Shown here: piece by piece, positions 47,739-58,400 of the stretch
How the letters are laid out: every line of letters starts with the position of its first letter
Numbering within the stretch: position 1 is the first letter of the stretch
Assembly: GCA_963778895.1 (NCBI GenBank)
Contig: CAVZVZ010000007.1
Coordinates: forward strand, 68,413 to 132,412
DNA: 64,000 nucleotides
Reading direction: 5' to 3'
Origin: an uncultured Iamiaceae bacterium
GTDB taxonomy: Bacteria; Actinomycetota; Acidimicrobiia; Acidimicrobiales; Acidimicrobilacustridaceae
Notes under the pieces: generated by a model
What the model saw: the letters and a program-made list of their open reading frames with translations, nothing else
What the model was told of the DNA's origin: nothing
The model's database searches: none
Program-made: the position numbers and the translations under genes

Positions 47739-48464
47739 ATGTCACCGACACTGCGAGCGGCCTCGAGGCCTGAACCCGCAGTGGACCCCGGCGAGACGCG
47801 TCGTTGCCGGGGCGATCGCGGCTACGTGACCGACGTTCGCCTGCCCGTGGTGCTGGCCGTGGGTGTCCTGATCGTGGTGGTGACGATCTTCGCCATCCGC
47901 CTGGCCTACGGCTCGGCCGACGACGGATCGAAGCCCCGTGCGCTGATCCTCGGTGACTCGATCACCGACCACGGCCAACGTGACCTCAACGACACGATCG
48001 GCCCGTTGTACGCGCTCTCGATCGACGGCCAGGACAACTTCAGGATCGATGACCAGCTCCCGGTCGCCGAACGGTGGGCCACCCGACCGTTCCAGCAGGT
48101 CGTGATCAACCTCGGCACCAACGATGCGGTGCAGGGCTGGCCCCAAGACCAGAGCTCGGCGAACCTCACCAAACTGGTCGCCATGTTCCCCAACGCCGAG
48201 TGCGTCCACCTCACGACCATCAACGAACACCTGAGGGGCCGGTCGGCCGAAGCGGGACCGTCCGCCGCAGCGCTCAACGACCAGATCCGCGCCATGGCGG
48301 CGGCCGACCATCGGATCCGAGTGGTTGATTGGAACGCGTTGGTCGAGGCCAATCTGGCGCAAGGGGTCGACCTGACATCGGACGGAGTCCACCCGACGCG
48401 CGACGGTGGGCAGCAGCTGATCAACGCCTACGAGCAGTCGATGGACTCCTGCCATCGGTCATAG
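47739..48464 (+). CDS. SGNH/GDSL hydrolase family protein (membrane-anchored)
   Basis: The real part of ORF 47058..48464 starts at ATG 47739, after GAGGAG. A TM anchor is followed by block I LILGDSIT, block III GTND and block V DGVHP. Confidence 0.8.
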   Translation: MSPTLRAASRPEPAVDPGETRRCRGDRGYVTDVRLPVVLAVGVLIVVVTIFAIRLAYGSADDGSKPRALILGDSITDHGQRDLNDTIGPLYALSIDGQDNFRIDDQLPVAERWATRPFQQVVINLGTNDAVQGWPQDQSSANLTKLVAMFPNAECVHLTTINEHLRGRSAEAGPSAAALNDQIRAMAAADHRIRVVDWNALVEANLAQGVDLTSDGVHPTRDGGQQLINAYEQSMDSCHRS

Positions 48465-48476
48465 CCGCTCGTGCGG

Positions 48477-49704
48477 TCAGCCGGCGGCGGCACCCACGGG
48501 GTTCGTCGGCGAGAAGGTCACGGGCATCGCCTCGTAGCCGCTGATGAAGTTGGCGGGACGCAATGGCGTGTCGCCGTCCAGTTCGAGGTCGGGTAGCCGG
48601 CTCAGCAGACGATCGATCATCACCTTCACCTCGAGCCGGGCCAGGCTGGCCCCGAGGCAGAAGTGGGTCCCGAAGCCGAACGCGACGTGGTCGTTCGGCG
48701 TGCGCTCGATGTCGAACGACTGCGGGTCGGTGAAGACGTCCTCGTCGCGGTTGGCGGAGTGATAGAGCAGCAGCAGCTTCTCGCCGGCGTGCATCTGTTG
48801 GCCTCGGAACTCGATGTCCTCGGTGACCGTGCGGGCCATGTTCTTGATGGGGGTGACCCATCGCAGCATCTCTTCCACGGCCGAGTCGAGCAGGTCACGG
48901 TTGGCCCGCAGCTTGTCGCGCTGATCGGGATGGGCCAGTAGTTGCGCCATACCGCCGCTGATGACGTGGCGTGTCGTCTCGTCGCCGCCCACGAGGATCA
49001 GCAGTGATTCCTGGACGAGCTCGTCGTCGTCCAAGGTGTCGCCGTCGACCTCGGCGTGGACCATCACGCTCATCAGGTCGTCTTGTGGATCGCTCGCTCG
49101 TCGGTCGGCGATGACGTTCGACGCGTAGGCGGTGTAGTTGGCGAAGGCGTTGCCGGCTCGTGTCATCGACTCTTCGGTGGCCGAGTTGCTCAGCGCCGAC
49201 ACCATGTCGTCGGACCATTGCAGGAGGTCGGATCGATCCTTCGGGTGCGACACCGAGCGCGTCGCCGATCATGACCATCGGCAGTGGCGCGGCGATGTCA
49301 CGCACGAGATCGCACTCGCCCCGCTCGCACACCGAGTCGATGATCTCGTCGCAGACGTCGTTGATCTTGGTCTCGAGGTCGCGCACGCGCCGAGGCGTGA
49401 AACCCTTGTTCACCAGCTTGCGCCGGCGGAAGTGCTCGGGATCGTCCATGTCGATCATCATCGGCAGGGGACCGTTGTCGGGCCGGATGCCGCCGGCGTT
49501 CGAGAAGGCCGCGGGGTCCTTGGCGATCGCTCTCAGGTCGGCGTACTTGGCGATGCCCCACACACCGTTGGCGGCGTCGAAGTAGACGGGGGCGTTGGCC
49601 CGCATCCACGTGTACTGGTCCTGCGGATCGGAGCCGTAGAAGTCTCCGCTGACGAGGTCGATGTCGTCCCGGGTGGGGTGCGTCGGGCTGGCCATGCGCG
49701 ACAC
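48477..49704 (-). pseudogene. cytochrome P450, CYP142-like (steroid 26-monooxygenase family), one +1 frame change
   Basis: FSNAGGIRPDNGPLPMMIDMDDPEH, CERGECDLVRDIAAPLPM, LLILVGGDETTRH and the heme loop FGFGTHFCLGASLA, with C-terminal LRPANFISG, closely parallel CYP142. The join is at ~49255. Confidence 0.85.
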
Positions 49705-49792
49705 CCTGCCACACGACCTGACGAGCCGTCAGCTCCGTCGTTGCCGGCCCGCGGGCCGGGTTGCCGGTCGACGTCGGCTTACGCTGCGCACG

Positions 49793-50185
49793 ATGCGTCG
49801 ATCGGTACTGCTCGTTCTCGTGATCGTGGCGTTGGCGTCGGCCTGCGGGGGAACAGACGCGTCGATCGACGCGGGGTGGGGACTCACGTGTCCGAGCTCG
49901 CGTGTCACCGGGACCGACCTGTCGGTGAGCGGGGAGAGCGGCGAGGCCACCCCCGAGGCCGCCATCGCGGTGTTCGTGACCAACCCCGTCGGCGGACAGT
50001 TGCCCGCGTCAGGGTGGGAGCGGGCCGACTTCATCGCCACCGAGTTCGGCACGGTGCCGGTCACGGTTCCGGTGCCGCAGGCGGCGTTCGTGCGCCGCGA
50101 CGGTGATCGCATCGATCAGGTGCTCACGCTCGAGCAGTTGCCGTCGGGCTGGGTCGTGACGGGCGTTCACCGCTGCGCGGACTGA
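49793..50185 (+). CDS. hypothetical lipoprotein
   Basis: The ATG is at 49793. The signal plus lipobox is [18 protein letters not shown]. It is 130 aa, and I recognise no family. Confidence 0.55.
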   Translation: MRRSVLLVLVIVALASACGGTDASIDAGWGLTCPSSRVTGTDLSVSGESGEATPEAAIAVFVTNPVGGQLPASGWERADFIATEFGTVPVTVPVPQAAFVRRDGDRIDQVLTLEQLPSGWVVTGVHRCAD

Positions 50186-50202
50186 CCCGTTCGAACCGCG
50201 GC

Positions 50203-51211
50203 CTAGAGGACGAGCTCGGCGATCGTGCGCAGGCCTTCGACGCCGGGCGAGTAGACGAGCAGCGTCGACACCGGGCTGTCTTCCCAGGCCTGCAGCCGGT
50301 CTCTGATGCGCTCCTTCGGGCCGCACAGCGAGATCGCGTCGGCGAAGTCGTCGGGCACCATGGCGATGGCCTCGTCGCGCCGACCCTCGAAGAACGCGTC
50401 TTGGATCTTCAGGGCCTCTTCCTCGTAGCCGAACCGCCCCATCAACTTGGTGTGGTAGTTCTGCCCCTTGGCGCCCATGCCACCGATGTAGAAGCCGAGC
50501 ATCATCTTCACCGGGGCGAGGGCGGCCTCGACGTCGTCGTTGATGTTCACCTGGGCGCCCGGCGACGATGTCGAAGCCGGGCTTGGCGTCCTTCAGCGGT
50601 TCGGCGTACACGTCCTGGTGGAGCGGCGAGTAGTAGAGCGGCAGCCAACCGTCGGCGATCTCGGCGGCCATCGCCACGTTCTTCGGGCCTTCGGCACCCA
50701 AGTAGATGGGCAAGTCCTTGCGCAGGGGATGCGTGATCGCCTTCAGCGGCTTACCGAGGCCGGTGCTGTCGGGGCCGCGGTACGGATGCTGGAAGAACTC
50801 GCCCTGGTAGTCGAGCGGTTCCTCCCGCCGGAGAACCCGGCGGATGATCTCCACGTATTCACGGGTGCGGGCGAGGGGCTTGTTGGCCGGTCGGCCGTAC
50901 CAGCCTTCGACGACCTGCGGACCCGAGACGCCCAGCCCGAGCATCATGCGCCCGTTGGAGATGTGATCGAGCGTCAGCGCACCCATCGCGGTCGCCGTCG
51001 GCGTGCGGGCCGCGATCTGCACCACGCTCGTCCCGAGCTTGATCGTGGAGGTGTGGCCGGCGATCCACGCGAGCGGCGTGAACGCGTCGGACCCCCAGGC
51101 TTCGGCGGTCCAAACCGAGTCGAAGCCGAGGCGCTCGGCTTCCTGAGTGGTCGCGATGACATCGGGCGGAGGCAGCTGCCCCCAGTACCCCCACATGAGG
51201 CCGAGCTTCAT
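50203..51211 (-). pseudogene. LLM-class F420-dependent oxidoreductase, one +1 frame change
   Basis: The N-terminal piece reads [11 protein letters not shown]...[22 protein letters not shown] (50009..51211). The C-terminal piece is 50203..50550. The join is at ~50555. Confidence 0.8.
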
Positions 51212-51281
51212 GGCCGGTCACGGTAGCGGTTCGTGACGCGTCGTCAGGAACTGAGCGTCTCGCGCTGCGCACCGCTAGAAA

Positions 51282-51635
51282 GTGCGGGTGGCGCCCGACG
51301 AGTACTGCTATCTCACGACCACCGGTCGCCGTTCGGGCCAGGAGCACGAGATCGAGATGTGGTTCGCCCGCGACGGCGACACCCTGTATCTGCTCGCGGG
51401 TGCGGGGCGGTCGTCGGACTGGGTGCGCAACATCGAGTCGGACCACCGCGTCGGTGTGCGGCTGGGTGACGAGCGCCGTGACGCGGTCGCCCGCGTACTG
51501 GATGCCTCGAAGGACGCCGACGAGGCCGAACGAGCGCGGGCCCTGGTGTTCGACAAGTACCAACCGCGGTACGACGGCGACCTCCTCGAGTGGCGCGAGC
51601 GCTCGCTGCCGGTAGCCCTCGAACTGCTGCCCTAG
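51282..51635 (+). CDS. nitroreductase-family deazaflavin (F420H2)-dependent oxidoreductase (DUF385/Ddn-like)
   Basis: Intact 117 aa. YCYLTTTGRRSGQEHEIEMWFARDGDTLYLLAGAGRSSDWVRNI matches the Ddn-family core. Confidence 0.75.
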   Translation: MRVAPDEYCYLTTTGRRSGQEHEIEMWFARDGDTLYLLAGAGRSSDWVRNIESDHRVGVRLGDERRDAVARVLDASKDADEAERARALVFDKYQPRYDGDLLEWRERSLPVALELLP

Positions 51636-51672
51636 TCCAAATCAGTGGGGCAAGTGGTTCAAGACGGACGTC

Positions 51673-52323
51673 TTGGTCGTCGATACACCGCGGTCTGTGG
51701 AGACGATCGAAGAAGTCCGGGCGCCGGGACGGCGCGAGCTCAAACGTTTGGCCACTCACGACGCGTTGGTGACGGCGGCACGCCGATTGTTCGAGGAGCA
51801 CGGCTACGACGCCGCGACCACCTGCGCGATCGCCGGCCGCGCGAGGGTGTCCGAGGCCACGTTGTTCCGTTACTTTCCGACGAAGGCCGACTTGGCGTTG
51901 GCAACGATCCGTGAACGGATCGAAGCTCTCGTCGAGGCGCTCACCGATCGTCCGAGATCCGAGTCGCCGTACGAGGCAGTGCTTGCGGTCGCGAGCGCGC
52001 CCGTGGGTACGAGATTCGTCGACGAACTGATGGTCCGTGACGGGCGCCGGGTGGGCGCTCATCCCGAGCTCGCGTCGCGGCTGTATTGGCTGTTGAACGA
52101 GACCAAGTGGCGGCTGGCTGAAGACTTCGGCCCTCGATTGGGGCGAGATCGGGGAGCCGTCGAGACGCGATTGGCCGCCGATGCCATCGTCAACGCCACC
52201 ATCCTCGCCGTCGAGCAAGCCAACCGCGATGGTGACCCGGTCAACGCCATGAGCTGGTTCTTCGACGCGCTCGCCGTCGTCCGACCAGTCCTCGAACCGG
52301 CGGGCCTGCCCGCCGCCCGCTGA
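51673..52323 (+). CDS. TetR/AcrR family transcriptional regulator
   Basis: 216 aa. The HTH is TTCAIAGRARVSEATLFRYFPTKADLAL. Confidence 0.85.
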   Translation: MVVDTPRSVETIEEVRAPGRRELKRLATHDALVTAARRLFEEHGYDAATTCAIAGRARVSEATLFRYFPTKADLALATIRERIEALVEALTDRPRSESPYEAVLAVASAPVGTRFVDELMVRDGRRVGAHPELASRLYWLLNETKWRLAEDFGPRLGRDRGAVETRLAADAIVNATILAVEQANRDGDPVNAMSWFFDALAVVRPVLEPAGLPAAR

Positions 52324-52436
52324 GGAAAATCTGAGAGCCGCTCGCAAATAATTCGTAAGACTCATCAGACAGCGTCCGATTCCTCCGATAGCTAGATGCG
52401 GTTTCTTCGCGTCCGTGCGTATAGGAGGTTCCCTCG

Positions 52437-55400
52437 GTGGTTGTTCGTAGGCGGGTGACGATCGATCCTGGATCGGTCGACGGCAAGATTGCGACACGAC
52501 GTGTTCGGCGCGTCGGCGCGTTCGCCGTCGTGGTTCTCCTCGCCACACTGCTCGTGCAGGGACTCACTTCTTCGCCGGCGTCGGCGGGTCCGGCTCCCGT
52601 CATGGTCGGCTTCATTCCATTGCCGGCTGATCAGTTCCAAGACGTGATGGAGAACGTGAACACCGCCGCGGACTCGACGCTCGACTTCACCGTGGGGATC
52701 ACCAACTCGGGCAACGGCTCGATCATCTACTACGACCACTGGGAAGACGGGTATGAAGCCGACATCGCGAACCCCGTGCAGGCGACGACGGAGATCTGGG
52801 GCGATGGCAACCCGGCGAACGGTGATGCGGGCGCAGCCAACCGCTGCGGGGCGCGGTGCGCGGGCGACCTGCTGACGCCCGGCGACGTGTTCGTGCTCCG
52901 CAACAACATCACCACGCCGCGCAACCCGGCGACTGTTCTGTTCGACGGCCGCGACAAGGTCGCGTCGACCCGCGGGTTCACGATCACCGCTGGAGGGTTC
53001 TCGACTCCGCTCGGTCCGGTGCTCGCCGGCGCGGTGTCGGCCTACGACACGTCGAAGTACGGCATCGACTACATCGCACCCGTCGGGCAGAACACCCCGA
53101 CCCCCGCCAACACCACACCCGCGTTCGAGACGTCGAGTCTCATCGTGATGGCCGCGCAGGACGGCACCAACGTGAAGGTCGACGCCAACGCCGACGGCAC
53201 CTTCGAGACCAACCAGACGATCAACCAGGGTCAGGTGGTCTACATCGACGGCGGCGTGATGCAGGGTGCGCACGTCGTCTCGGACAAACCGGTGCAGGTG
53301 CACGAAGGCACCGGCGACGTCGGCAGCAACTACGAGTCCCGCTGGTTCACGCTCTTTCCGACACCGCTGCTGTCGAGCGACTACCTGAGTCCGGTGGGCT
53401 CAGGCGCCGACAACCAGCGGACGATCGTCTACCTCTACAACCCGAGCGGCTCCGCCATCACCGTCACCCCGACGTGTACGGGATGTTCGGGGACCATCTC
53501 GGTCGCGTCGCACGCGACCCAGAGCTTCGCCACACCGCTCAACCAGGCAGTGCGGTTCCAGAGTGCGGGCAACGTGCCGTTCATCGCGGTCGGCGCCATG
53601 GGCGCGCAGAGCGGCGCGGCACCGGGCTCCGCCGGTGACAACTCCACGGCCTACGACTGGGGCTACACCCTCGTGCCGACCGGGCTGCTGACGACGCAGG
53701 CGATCCTCGGTTGGGCCCCGGGTAACTCCGGCAACCCCCCGATCAACCCCGCCGGCAACCGCGACGACGACCCCGTGTGGGTGACGTCGCTGACGGCGAC
53801 GACGATCCACGTCGACCTCGACGGCGATCCGTCGACGGGGACGATCGGCACGGCCGACTGCAGCGGTGCCCGCCACGATCAGGACATCCCCGTCGCGGCG
53901 CTGGCCTCGACGCGCATCTTCGACTCGACCGACGGGGACATGACCGGAGCCCGCATCTACACCTGCGACGGCACGAAGATCTCCGGGGCGTGGGGCGAGG
54001 ATCCGGTCAACGCTCCGACCGGCTCTCCCGGTCTCGACGCCGGCTACGTGCTGATCCCCACGACGACGATGATCGTCAACAAGACGGCGGCGGTCTTCAC
54101 CGATGCCAACGGCGACGGCAAGCTGAGCCCGGGTGACGTGATCGAGTACGACATCGCGGTTGCCAACGCAGGCAACTTGGCCTTCACCTCGGTGAATGCA
54201 CTCGATGTCCTGCCTCCAGGCGTCACCTATCAGGCCGGTTCGACCGTGCTCGACGTCAACGGCACGATCACGCCGATCGCAGACAGCGCGGTGCCGCCGG
54301 CCTCGACGGTGTTCCCGCTCGACGAGGCGGGTGCGTCGCTGCCTGGCATCCCGGCAGGCGCGACGGTGCACGTGCGATTCAAGACGACCGTGGTGACTCC
54401 CAGGCTCGCGGCGGGGACGATCGTCCAGAACGTCGGCTGCGTGTCCGCCGTCGAGGACAACGCCAACGCCAATCCCGTCAGTGACTGCGACACCCTCGAG
54501 TCGCCGATGACGGCCGCCGACCTCTCGCTGACCAAGACCCAGACCGCGGCGCCGCAGTTCGTGGGCGACAACGCGGTGTTCCATCTGGTGCTCAGCAATG
54601 CCGGCCCTGACACCGCGACGGGTGTCGCGGTCACGGACCTGCTTCCTGCCGGCACGACGTTCGTCGGTGCAAACCCGAGCCAGGGCACCTACAACAGCGG
54701 CACCGGGTTGTGGAACATTGGCTCGGTCGCGAACGGCGCGACGGCCACGATCGACATCACCGCGACGATCAACGCGACGTCGGTGACGAACTTCGCGCAG
54801 GTGACGGCCGCGACGGCAGCCGACCCCGATTCGCAGCCGGGCGAGAACGCGCTCGGTCCCGCCAACCCGCCGGATCAGGACGACGAAGCCAGCGCGACGG
54901 TCACGGTCGCCCCGCGTGCCGACCTGGAGCTGCAGAAGTCGCTCACGGCCGGACCGGATCTGAACGGCAACACGACGTTCCTCATCACGTTGACCAACAA
55001 GGGCCCGTCCACGGCTGCGAACACGGTCGTGCAGGACACGCCGCCCCCCGGGTCGAGCTTCGTGTCGGCCACACCGTCGGTCGGCGGGTTCGTGAGCGGC
55101 ACCAACCAGTGGAGTGTGTTGAGCCTTGCGCCCAACACCAGCGCGACGCTGTCGGTCACCTACAAACTCACGACCTTCCCGAGCGCCAACTTCGCTCAGG
55201 TGATCAGCGCGGGTCAGGCCGACCCGGACTCGCAGCCGGCGGAGAACCCGCTCGGCCCGGCCAACCCACCCGATCAGGACGACGAGGCCCAAGCGGCGAT
55301 CCCGGCGTCGGCTGACCTGTCGCTGACCAAGGTCGAGACGTCCCACCCCACCTTCACCGGTGGCACCGCGACGTTCGTCGTCACGGTGGCGAACGCGGGG

Positions 55401-58400
55401 TACGCGGCGGCGACGGGGGTGCAGGTCACGGATGTCGTACCTCCGGGACTGGCGGTCGTGACGACCACACCGTCGGCGGGCACGTACAACGCCGGCACCG
55501 GCATCTGGAACGTCGGCACCGTCAATGCCGGCGCAAACGCCACGCTGACGATCACCGCGGTGGTCACGCAGCCCGGCACGATCACGAACACCGCCGAGAT
55601 CACCGCGGCGAGCCCGACCGACCCCGACTCCACGCCGAACAACCACAACCCCGCCGAGGACGACCAGGCTTCGGCGTCGGTGACCACCACCGGCGGCACC
55701 CTGGGCGATCGCGTCTGGTTCGACGTCGACGCCGACGGCGTACAGGACGCCGGCGAGCCCGGCCTGAATGGCGTGACCGTGAACATCGTGTGGGGTGGAC
55801 CCGACGGTTCGATCGGGACGGCGGACGACCTCGCCTACGTCGCGACCACCGACGCCAGCGGCCTCTGGTCGAAGACCGACCTTCCCTCGGGCAACTACCG
55901 CGTGTCGGTAGCTCCGGCCACGTTGCCGTTAGGCGTCACCGTGCCGACCTACGACCTCGACGGCGTCGGCACACCGAACACCGCGTCGCTCGCGTTGGCG
56001 GGTGGCGCTACGCGCAGCGACGTCGATTTCGGCTACCGCGGTAGCGGCACGATCGGCGACACCGTTTTCGTCGACGTCAACGCCAACAACACGCCCGACC
56101 CCGGTGAGGGTGCGGCAGGTGTTGACATGACCGCCACGTGGTTCGGACCGAACGGCGTGCTCGGAGGTGGCGACGATCTCGTCTACACGACGACGACGAA
56201 CGGCGCCGGCGGGTACTCGTTCACCGGCTTGCCGGCCGGCGGCTTCCGCGTATCCGTCGACGCCACGGATCTTCCCGCCGCGGCAGTGCCGATCGTCGAC
56301 CCCGATGGTGGCAACGACAACACCAGCACGTTGACGCTGGCAGCGGGCGCCACGAACAACAACCAAGACTTCGGCTACGTCGTGCCGGCGATCGACCTGT
56401 CGGTCACGAAGACCGACGGCGGCGCGACCACCGTTCCGGGCGGAACGGTGGCCTACACGATCAACTACGGCAACAGCGCGACGGCGACGACGCCGTCCAC
56501 CGGTGTGACCCTCACCGAGGCGATCCCCGCCAACTCGAGCTTCAACGCCGGTGCGTCGACCGCCGGATGGGTGTGCGGCGCCAGTACCTGCACGCTGAAC
56601 GTCGGCACGCTGGCCCCGGGCGCGAGCGGCAGCGTGACCTTCGCGGTCACGGTTGCGAGCACGATCCCTGCGGGCGTCGGTCAGATCAACAACACGGTCA
56701 CGATCGGCGATGACGGCGCTCATGGCACCGATACGAACCCCGGCAACAACACTGGCACCGACTTCACCCCGGTCACGGCGGCGCCGGATCTCACGGTGTC
56801 GAAGTCCGATGGTGGCGCGACGACGGTTCCGGGTGGGACGGTGGCGTACACGATCAACTACGGCAACGTCGGGAATCAGGGTGCGACGGGTGTGGTGTTG
56901 ACGGAGACGATTCCGGCCAACTCGAGCTTCAACGCCGGCGGCTCGACGGCCGGTTGGTCGTGCGGTCCGAGCACGTGCACGTTCACGGTCGGCTCGCTGA
57001 ATGCGGGCGCGTCCGGTTCGGTGACGTTCGCCGTGACAGTTGTGAACCCGGTCGCGGCCGGCGTGAGTCAGATCTCGAACACGGTGAGCATCGCGGACGA
57101 CGCGCAGAACGGGCCTGATCCGACGCCGGGCAACAACACGGGCACGGATACGACGCCCGTCCTGGCCGCCCCGGACCTCACGGTCACCAAGACCGACGGC
57201 GGAGTCACCACGACCGCCGGGGGAACGGTGGCGTACACGATCAACTACGCGAACGTCGGGAACCAGGGTGCGACCGGTGTGGTGTTGACGGAGACGATTC
57301 CGGCCAACTCGACGTTCAATGCCGGGGGCTCGACGGCCGGTTGGTCGTGCGGTGCGAGCACGTGCACGTTCACCGTCGGCTCGCTGAACGCCGGTGCGTC
57401 GGGCTCGGTGATCTTCGCGGTCACGGTGGCCAATCCCGTTCCCGCGGGCGTCACGCAGATCGCGAACACGGTGACCGTGGGGGACGATGGTCAGAACGGT
57501 TCGGATCCGACGCCGGCGAACAACACGGGTACGGATACGACGCCGGTCACGGCGGCGCCTGATCTCACGGTGTCGAAGTCCGATGGTGGCGCGACCACGG
57601 TTCCGGGTGGGACGGTTCCGTACACGATCAACTACGCGAACGTCGGGAACCAGGGTGCGACGGGTGTGGTGTTGACGGAGACGATTCCGGCCAACTCGAC
57701 GTTCAACGCCGGTGCCTCGACGGCCGGTTGGTCGTGCGGTGCGAGCACGTGCACGTTCACGGTGGGCTCGCTGAACGCCGGTGGGTCCGGTTCGGTGATC
57801 TTCGCGGTCACGGTGGCCAATCCCGTTCCCGCGGGCGTCACGCAGATCGCGAACACGGTGACCGTGGGGGACGACGGTCAGAACGGACCGGATCCGACGC
57901 CGGCGAACAACACGGGAACCGATACGACGCCGGTCACGGCGGCGCCGGATCTCACGGTGTCGAAGTCCGATGGGGGCGCGACATCGGCCCCCGGGGGCAC
58001 CGTCGCCTACACGATCAACTACAGCAACGTCGGGAACCAGGGTGCGACGGGTGTGGTGTTGACGGAGACGATCCCGGCCAACTCGACGTTCAACGCGGGC
58101 AGCTCGACGGTCGGTTGGTCGTGCGGTGCGAGCACGTGCACGTTCACGGTGGGCTCGCTGAACGCCGGTGCGGTCCGGTTCGGTGATCTTCGCGGTCACG
58201 GTGGTTAGCCCGGTTCCCGGCGGGTGTGACGCAGATCGCGAACACGGTGACCGTGGGGGACGATGGTCAGAACGGACCGGATCCGACGCCGGGGAACAAC
58301 ACGGGAACCGATACGACGCCGGTGACGGCGGCGCCGGATCTCACGGTGTCCAAGTCCGACGGCGGCGTCTCCACGACCGCGGGCGGCACGGTGGTGTACA

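Noticed and set aside
53400-58199. Long minus-strand ORFs (748 aa, 756 aa; also 12144..13112, 21935..23191, 16468..17931 and others) opposite well-supported genes
   Set aside because: They are mirror-frame ORFs typical of high-GC genomes. Their products are low-complexity Arg/Gly/Asp/His-rich, they match no family, and they fully overlap genes with clear family signatures.
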